A stretch of 64,000 nt of DNA from Minisyncoccota bacterium. Its GTDB lineage: Bacteria > Patescibacteriota > Minisyncoccia > Phycocordibacterales > CAIZLB01. The notes under the pieces were generated by a model that worked only from the letters and a program-made list of their open reading frames with translations, was not told the origin of the DNA and did not search any database. The stretch is taken from the NCBI GenBank assembly GCA_021734945.1, contig JAIPIA010000003.1:28895-92894 (forward strand), in the 5' to 3' direction. This document shows positions 58,405 through 64,000 of the stretch, in pieces (position 1 is the stretch's first letter; each line of letters begins with the position of its first letter). A program made the position numbers and the translations under genes.

Positions 58405-59973
58405 ATGAGATACACAGGTGAATCAGTTCCTGGTTTCGGAGATCAACTCCTAGACGAAATGGAAGCTGGACATAGTCATGGTGGAAATGACACCAATGAA
58501 ACTAACAAGACAAGAGAAACTACAGAAGAAAGCACTTCTGTAGTAGAAGAGACTCCTATATTAAACGACCCTGAGGGAGCATCTGATGATGCTCTTTTTG
58601 GTATTGATAGTAATGGAGAGACTATGCATGGAGATGAAGATGAACCTGTTCTCTATAAAAAGGGTAAGAGAATCGTGACATCAGAAGAACAAGTAAAAAA
58701 GAAGAGGAATAAAAATAAGGTTGCAAGAAAGACTGAGCCTCTTGTGTCTCCTACTGTATTAAGTACTGAAAACGAAGCGAATGAAGGAGAAAAAGCGACA
58801 AGTGATATTGAATTTGCAAAACCAATGTCTGACGCAGAATTTGAAAAAAAGAAACAAGTTCAAAAAGTTATTGAGCAAATAGCTGATTTTTTGAGTACAG
58901 CAGAATTTATTCCTGCAGATTTATATATAAAAGCCCAAGCACTTAATGATCCATTTTTAAACAAATATATTCTCACATTACCAGATGAGACGGTTGTTTT
59001 CATGGATGACAATGCAGACAAAAGCAAAACCATTTTTGAAATTAAACAACACGCAGCAGTTTTAGCTGAACAAAAAAAGAATACTCCGATAGAAGACGAG
59101 ACTAAGACAGAGACCCTATCTCCACAAAATACTACAGAAATAGATGCAAAGTTAGTCAGTGAGATAGGAAGAAAATCTGAAATTAAAGAAGGGAGCCCAA
59201 CACCACCACAAAGACAAGAGCAAGGGCAACAGTCTAACAGACCAAGAAGGAATACTGCTTCCAGAGGAGGAAATTCTCAATGGGGGAAATCAGTATTAAG
59301 TAGTGCAATTTTTAGTAACAACCAAACAGCAATCCAACAGCAACAAGGGAGAGAACATTCAAATGAGAAGCATCATGAAGAACCTAACACCCACAAAACA
59401 AAGCCCAGCGAAAATATACTCAGAGATACTGAAACTATTACTCATACCCCAAATATAACTCCCGAAAAATTTGAACCTACGACTCAACAAGAATCACAAC
59501 CATCAAATCTTGAGAGGCTCTTCACTATTGCCCAAACAAAGGATGACCTTATTGCTATTGTTGCTAAATCTGCAAATCTAGAATCTGGATTGCAAGGGAC
59601 ACATCAAGTGTATTCAAAAGATGACCTCATAGCTCTCATTGAAGCTACTTGGATAGGAGATGTTGGTATTGATCACTTACCACGTACGGCTGGGTTTAGA
59701 GAAGCTGTGGACAGAGTGCGTGAACGTGAAAGAGAATCAGGAAAATTTGTTGAAGAAAGGACAACCGCAGAAGAGATTGAACCTCTTATTCAAACAAGTA
59801 TAAAAAATGCAGATACTTATGGAGTTCCCGAAGATTCACGAATTTATGACCACGACAAAGAAAATAATTCCTTTGTATATAACTACACAAATTATCCTCG
59901 GACAGAAACGAATCGAAAGAAAAATACCAGTATAGTCCAACGACTGTGGTCATTTTTGAGAGGAAAAAGATAG
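58405..59973 (+). CDS. Hypothetical acidic, low-complexity protein.
   Basis: 522 aa, Glu/Thr/Gln-rich. It lies 8 nt downstream of rnj on the same strand. No recognisable domain. Confidence 0.4.
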   Translation: MRYTGESVPGFGDQLLDEMEAGHSHGGNDTNETNKTRETTEESTSVVEETPILNDPEGASDDALFGIDSNGETMHGDEDEPVLYKKGKRIVTSEEQVKKKRNKNKVARKTEPLVSPTVLSTENEANEGEKATSDIEFAKPMSDAEFEKKKQVQKVIEQIADFLSTAEFIPADLYIKAQALNDPFLNKYILTLPDETVVFMDDNADKSKTIFEIKQHAAVLAEQKKNTPIEDETKTETLSPQNTTEIDAKLVSEIGRKSEIKEGSPTPPQRQEQGQQSNRPRRNTASRGGNSQWGKSVLSSAIFSNNQTAIQQQQGREHSNEKHHEEPNTHKTKPSENILRDTETITHTPNITPEKFEPTTQQESQPSNLERLFTIAQTKDDLIAIVAKSANLESGLQGTHQVYSKDDLIALIEATWIGDVGIDHLPRTAGFREAVDRVRERERESGKFVEERTTAEEIEPLIQTSIKNADTYGVPEDSRIYDHDKENNSFVYNYTNYPRTETNRKKNTSIVQRLWSFLRGKR

Positions 59974-60017
59974 TTTAAACATAGTTTATTGTACAGTATC
60001 TCAAATACACAATATGT

Positions 60018-61217
60018 TTGTGTGCTAAAATAGTCACAATTATGGAACAAATCTTTGGCAGGCTGAAAAATATTCAGGCAATGCTCCTAATATTTATTTC
60101 GGTTCTTTTATTATCATTTCACTTCTTTTTTGTTTACTTTATCAACTCAAAATATCTTGAGGGAATTTTAAGTGGTAGCCAAGTAGGATTTACATATACT
60201 GCAGGTGCACTTGTAAACATAATTTTGATAATCTGTGCACCTCATATTCTGAGACGTTTTGGAAATTATCGTTTTACTCTCTTTTTAGGAACACTCGAAC
60301 TACTAGCCCTTTTAGGTTTAGCGCTCACACCTATTACATCACCAATTGTAATAATTGGGCTCTTTATCGCACACCAAGCATTTGGACCTACCCTTTTCTA
60401 CTGTATGGATATTTTTACTGAAAGCTTTTCAACTTCAGAGGAAATGGGAAACATCCGTGGAATATATCTTACAATGCAGAATGTTCCTCCAATTATTACA
60501 CCAGCAATAGTAGGACTTATACTCATTAAGCCTGAATATTGGAAAGTTTATCTTATTGGAGCACTCTTCCTTATTCCCTTCCTAATTCTTGTCGGAACAA
60601 ACTTCAAAAATTTCAAAGACTCTGAATATCCAGTTATAAATTTACCTAGTGCCCTGAAAAAGTTTTACGCCGATAAAAATGTATACAATGTTTTTGTTGA
60701 TCACTTTTTACTACACCTCTTTTATTCTTGGACTGTAATTTATCTACCAATTTATCTTATAGAGTACATTGGTTTTTCTTGGTCTGAAGTTGGAGTTATT
60801 TTGAGTGTCATGCTCTTGCCGTTTATTATTTTCCAGATTCCTATTGGTAGAATGGAAGATAAGTATCAAGACGAAAAGCACGTCTTAGTGCTTGGTTTCG
60901 GCATTATGGCGGCATCATTTATGCTTATACCTTTTATCCATGAAAAAAGCCTAGTACTATGGGCGGCAGTACTTTTTGTAAGTCGAATAGGTGCAAGTAT
61001 AGTTGAGGTTTCAGGGGAAAGTTATTTTTTCAAACATGTTAACCCTTCAAATGCTGGTTTTATTAGTTTCTTTAGAATGACACGATCTCTTCCCTATTTT
61101 ATAATTCCTCCTATCGTTGGCCTCATACTACTCTTTACAGATTTCTCATATATTTTCTTTGTAGCAGGACTGTTTATGCTCATCGGAGTTCGCTATGCAT
61201 TGTTATTAAAAAAATAG
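60018..61217 (+). CDS. MFS-family transporter.
   Basis: About 12 predicted TM helices with a central loop and MFS-like topology. Confidence 0.6.
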   Translation: MCAKIVTIMEQIFGRLKNIQAMLLIFISVLLLSFHFFFVYFINSKYLEGILSGSQVGFTYTAGALVNIILIICAPHILRRFGNYRFTLFLGTLELLALLGLALTPITSPIVIIGLFIAHQAFGPTLFYCMDIFTESFSTSEEMGNIRGIYLTMQNVPPIITPAIVGLILIKPEYWKVYLIGALFLIPFLILVGTNFKNFKDSEYPVINLPSALKKFYADKNVYNVFVDHFLLHLFYSWTVIYLPIYLIEYIGFSWSEVGVILSVMLLPFIIFQIPIGRMEDKYQDEKHVLVLGFGIMAASFMLIPFIHEKSLVLWAAVLFVSRIGASIVEVSGESYFFKHVNPSNAGFISFFRMTRSLPYFIIPPIVGLILLFTDFSYIFFVAGLFMLIGVRYALLLKK

Positions 61218-61292
61218 CCCCACTATTTTGTATATAGATAAGGATATTTAATTATTTGTTTTCGCAATTAAATTTTAGGTACAAACACCTCC

Positions 61293-62309
61293 TTAAGCCC
61301 CTACAATGCCCGCACAAGAGTTAAAAACTCTCACTGCGTTGTTGTAATCATCTATGCTTTCTTTGAGTGTAGCAAGTCTTGCATTGTAATCTATAACAAG
61401 CGAGTTATATTCATTTGCTTTTTCGATATAAGCGTCACCTGTGAGGCCATCAATCTGTCCTCTGACAATAGTTATTTTTTCTTCCAATGTAGCAATATCC
61501 GCTTTTTGAGTATCAACAGTTTGCTTTATTGCACCATTTGGAGAAACGCATGAGCTCAAAGGTTTAGCGAAATGCTGAACGATAAGCCACTGTTTTCTAC
61601 CTTGATATACTCCCTGACCTACTGCTAAACCTATCTCTTGATACCTACTATCGAGAATGTTCTTTTTATGGCCTGGACTTGCCATCCATGCAGCAACAAC
61701 TTGTGAGTCCCCTGAAAAAACACCTAAGGCCAAATTTTCTCCCACAACAATGTATTCATAGCCAGTCTTTCGTACTACATCAGAAACACTGTCCCCTGAC
61801 GGAGACACGTGCTGAAAGTATTGTTTCTGAAACATATCTTGTAATTTTATTTCCGCAGACTTAGAAAGCTGTGGGTCTTTTATAAGATCTGGTAGACCAG
61901 CCTTTTTTCTTTCAAAGTTAGTAGCTGAAATAATTCCTGAAACTGTTAATTCATGCTCTTCTTCATTTGAAATTACTGGTAAAAGTTCACCATTTGTTTG
62001 ACTTGAACCAAGGACACTTGATGTTGACTGGCCAGTACCATACCCTGGAGTATCTATCACAGTGGCAGTAGATGTCTTTACTCCTGATGATGTTCCACTC
62101 GGATCAGAAAAAGATGGAATATAATTTTGTGTACCATTAAGTACAGCACTTGAAGTTGCTGTTGTGATTTCCTTAAAGAGTTTCTTAAATGAATCAGCAT
62201 ACGCAGAATGGAGTTGATCGAAACTTGGAGCAACACCAGAAAGAGGCTCTTTGAAGTAAAAGAGTATTCCAAAAAATGTGAGTAGTATTAATATTGAACG
62301 AAAAATCAT
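61293..62309 (-). CDS. CAP/SCP (YkwD-like) domain secreted protein with a C-terminal coiled-coil.
   Basis: The CAP domain reads IISATNFERKKAGLPDL...GENLALGVF...AAWMASPGHKKNILDSRYQEIGLAV. An N-terminal TM or signal segment is present. Confidence 0.65.
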   Translation of the reverse strand: MIFRSILILLTFFGILFYFKEPLSGVAPSFDQLHSAYADSFKKLFKEITTATSSAVLNGTQNYIPSFSDPSGTSSGVKTSTATVIDTPGYGTGQSTSSVLGSSQTNGELLPVISNEEEHELTVSGIISATNFERKKAGLPDLIKDPQLSKSAEIKLQDMFQKQYFQHVSPSGDSVSDVVRKTGYEYIVVGENLALGVFSGDSQVVAAWMASPGHKKNILDSRYQEIGLAVGQGVYQGRKQWLIVQHFAKPLSSCVSPNGAIKQTVDTQKADIATLEEKITIVRGQIDGLTGDAYIEKANEYNSLVIDYNARLATLKESIDDYNNAVRVFNSCAGIVGA

Positions 62310-62367
62310 TTGTTTATGTAAATCGCCTTAGCGTATATGCTGTCTATACTGAACCCCCTAAGTATAT

Positions 62368-63387
62368 CTAATTTGTCTCAACTTTAACAATACGAATTAG
62401 GGCAAAAAGGAGGCCTACTACTATTGGACCCAACAGGAACCCCTCTGCTCCAAAAAACTGTAGACCACCCAAAATTGAGAAAAGTATGAGTAATGGATGG
62501 ATATTTACTCCCTTATTTATAATAAATGGAGCCAAGAAGTTATCAATAAGTCCTACTAGTAAAATTGACCAGAGAATTTCTACTACCCATATTCCAGAAG
62601 ATCCATAAAAATATAAATATATAGACGCAGGTATCCAAACAAGAGATGTACCCACTCCTGGAACTAGGGCCGCTACTCCAGCAACAGTTCCCCACAATGT
62701 AGCATTTGGTACGCCGAATAATGTGAAGCCAATACCACTTAGAATTCCTTGTACAAGGGCGACAGCAATCGAACCCATCAGTACAGAATTAATTGAAGAT
62801 TTGAGTGAAACAGAGATGAACTTATCTTTATCATCGGACAGAGGGCTCAATGCGATAATTTGTTTTTTAAATTCTTCTCCGTCTCGAAGGAAATAAAATA
62901 ATGCAACAATAGATAGAGCAAATTTTACAACCAAATCAAGTGTTCCGGAAAAAATACCTCCCAATCTATCAACAACCCAAGATGCAAATGAAGACAAATA
63001 TTCTCTTGTATTGATTGTAAAGTCTGGAATATATTTCTGTACCGCCACTTCGACTTTGGTAGTCAAAAAATCAACAGATATACTTTCACCTGAACTCACT
63101 GAAGAATAAAGATTCTGAGCTTCAGAAATAATCTGATTTGCAATTATTGTTAATGGTGCAAGGATCAAAACAACAAGAAGTACAATTGTAACTACAGAAG
63201 CAAGAGATTCAGATTTTAAGAATTTTAGTACCTTTCTGTAAACAGGGTGAATAAGAATAGAGACTATACCAGCTAGAGCAAGCGGTGTAAGAAATGGCCA
63301 AAAAATAAGCGCTGAAAGGATAGCAAAACAAATAAAAACTATACTGAAGAAAACTGTTTTATACCGAGCTTGTACTGTTGCATTCAT
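62368..63387 (-). CDS. AI-2E family transporter (PerM/UPF0118-like).
   Basis: 339 aa with about 8 TM helices and the typical AI-2E topology. Confidence 0.55.
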   Translation of the reverse strand: MNATVQARYKTVFFSIVFICFAILSALIFWPFLTPLALAGIVSILIHPVYRKVLKFLKSESLASVVTIVLLVVLILAPLTIIANQIISEAQNLYSSVSSGESISVDFLTTKVEVAVQKYIPDFTINTREYLSSFASWVVDRLGGIFSGTLDLVVKFALSIVALFYFLRDGEEFKKQIIALSPLSDDKDKFISVSLKSSINSVLMGSIAVALVQGILSGIGFTLFGVPNATLWGTVAGVAALVPGVGTSLVWIPASIYLYFYGSSGIWVVEILWSILLVGLIDNFLAPFIINKGVNIHPLLILFSILGGLQFFGAEGFLLGPIVVGLLFALIRIVKVETN

Positions 63388-63458
63388 TTTTTTGAGAATT
63401 TTAATTCTTTATACTTCCACCAGTTTTATAATGACTGAATTATATCACTTTTTACACT

Positions 63459-64000
63459 CTATGCTCCATGGCAGCGTTTATACTTCTTGCCACTTCCACA
63501 CGGACAAAGGTCATTTCTACCTACCTTCTCTTGGCCTGAAATAATCGGGATAACTTTTGCATCGCGTATTGCGTCTGCAACCATACCCGAAGAAGCGCCA
63601 CCGACAACAATAGAATTTGCCCCGTTACCACCAGATTGACCCAGATTAATGTATTGGTTTGCATTTGGACGAGACTCCACTGTCGCTGTATTGTTACCTA
63701 CATCAACTTGCCCTTGCACATTTGCAAGTATTCTAATGATTTCTTGGTCTACTGAACGTTCCATGTTTTTAAACAAAGTTAGTCCTTCTTTTTTATACTC
63801 AACAAGAGGGTCTCTCTGACCATACGCCCGTAGGTTTACACTTGAGCGCATATAGTCCATAACTTCCAAGTGATCAATCCAAAAAAGATCTATAGTTTGA
63901 AGCATTACTCCACGTGCTGTACGGAGGAATGAAATATCATCACCGGATGCCGCTTTAAAATTTTCTGAATTTTTTACAATTGCTTCTTTTTCTTCTGGTG
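63459..64000 (-). CDS. secA: Preprotein translocase SecA, C-terminal part. The gene continues beyond the window end.
   Basis: The C-terminal zinc-binding motif is [21 protein letters not shown]. Upstream SecA helical-scaffold sequence is [17 protein letters not shown]. The frame stays open to the window end. Confidence 0.85.
   Translation of the reverse strand, partial: PEEKEAIVKNSENFKAASGDDISFLRTARGVMLQTIDLFWIDHLEVMDYMRSSVNLRAYGQRDPLVEYKKEGLTLFKNMERSVDQEIIRILANVQGQVDVGNNTATVESRPNANQYINLGQSGGNGANSIVVGGASSGMVADAIRDAKVIPIISGQEKVGRNDLCPCGSGKKYKRCHGA

Overview
This 64-kb window reads as a low-GC (roughly 35-40%) chromosomal segment from a reduced-genome bacterium, read in the standard genetic code. 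It has the hallmarks of Candidate Phyla Radiation / Patescibacteria (inference): type IV pilin genes scattered among ribosomal-protein genes, a split transketolase, very large repetitive surface proteins, and many small membrane proteins.

Recognisable housekeeping genes include:
- murJ (partial), pheS-pheT, rpsB-tsf, prfA and rpmE
- rplY, gatB, obg and secG
- rnj, secA (partial) and fba
- a pentose-phosphate/glycolysis block: gap, rpiB, rpe and the split tkt
- ogt, ung and two Nudix hydrolases

RNA genes:
- Two tRNAs: Ser-GGA and Thr-UGU.
- An RNase P RNA with a large insertion. It lies under a spurious ORF.

The most interesting parts are accessory:
- A minus-strand operon of GNAT, an unknown 309-aa protein and two Nudix genes, sitting next to divergent ogt/ung genes.
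- A secreted cysteine-rich protein with CC-D-G-N and NY(N/D)...DDGSC repeats.
- A pair of lycopene-cyclase-domain membrane proteins with no carotenoid genes nearby.
- A GC-rich orphan transcription unit between two terminators.
- A 2104-aa surface protein combining YadA-like head repeats, (T/S)-rich repeats with an ~820-bp DNA period, and a phage tail-fibre-type S74 intramolecular-chaperone domain followed by a Pro/Thr tail. It sits beside a protein carrying three LamG repeats.

I saw no CRISPR array, transposase or integrase.
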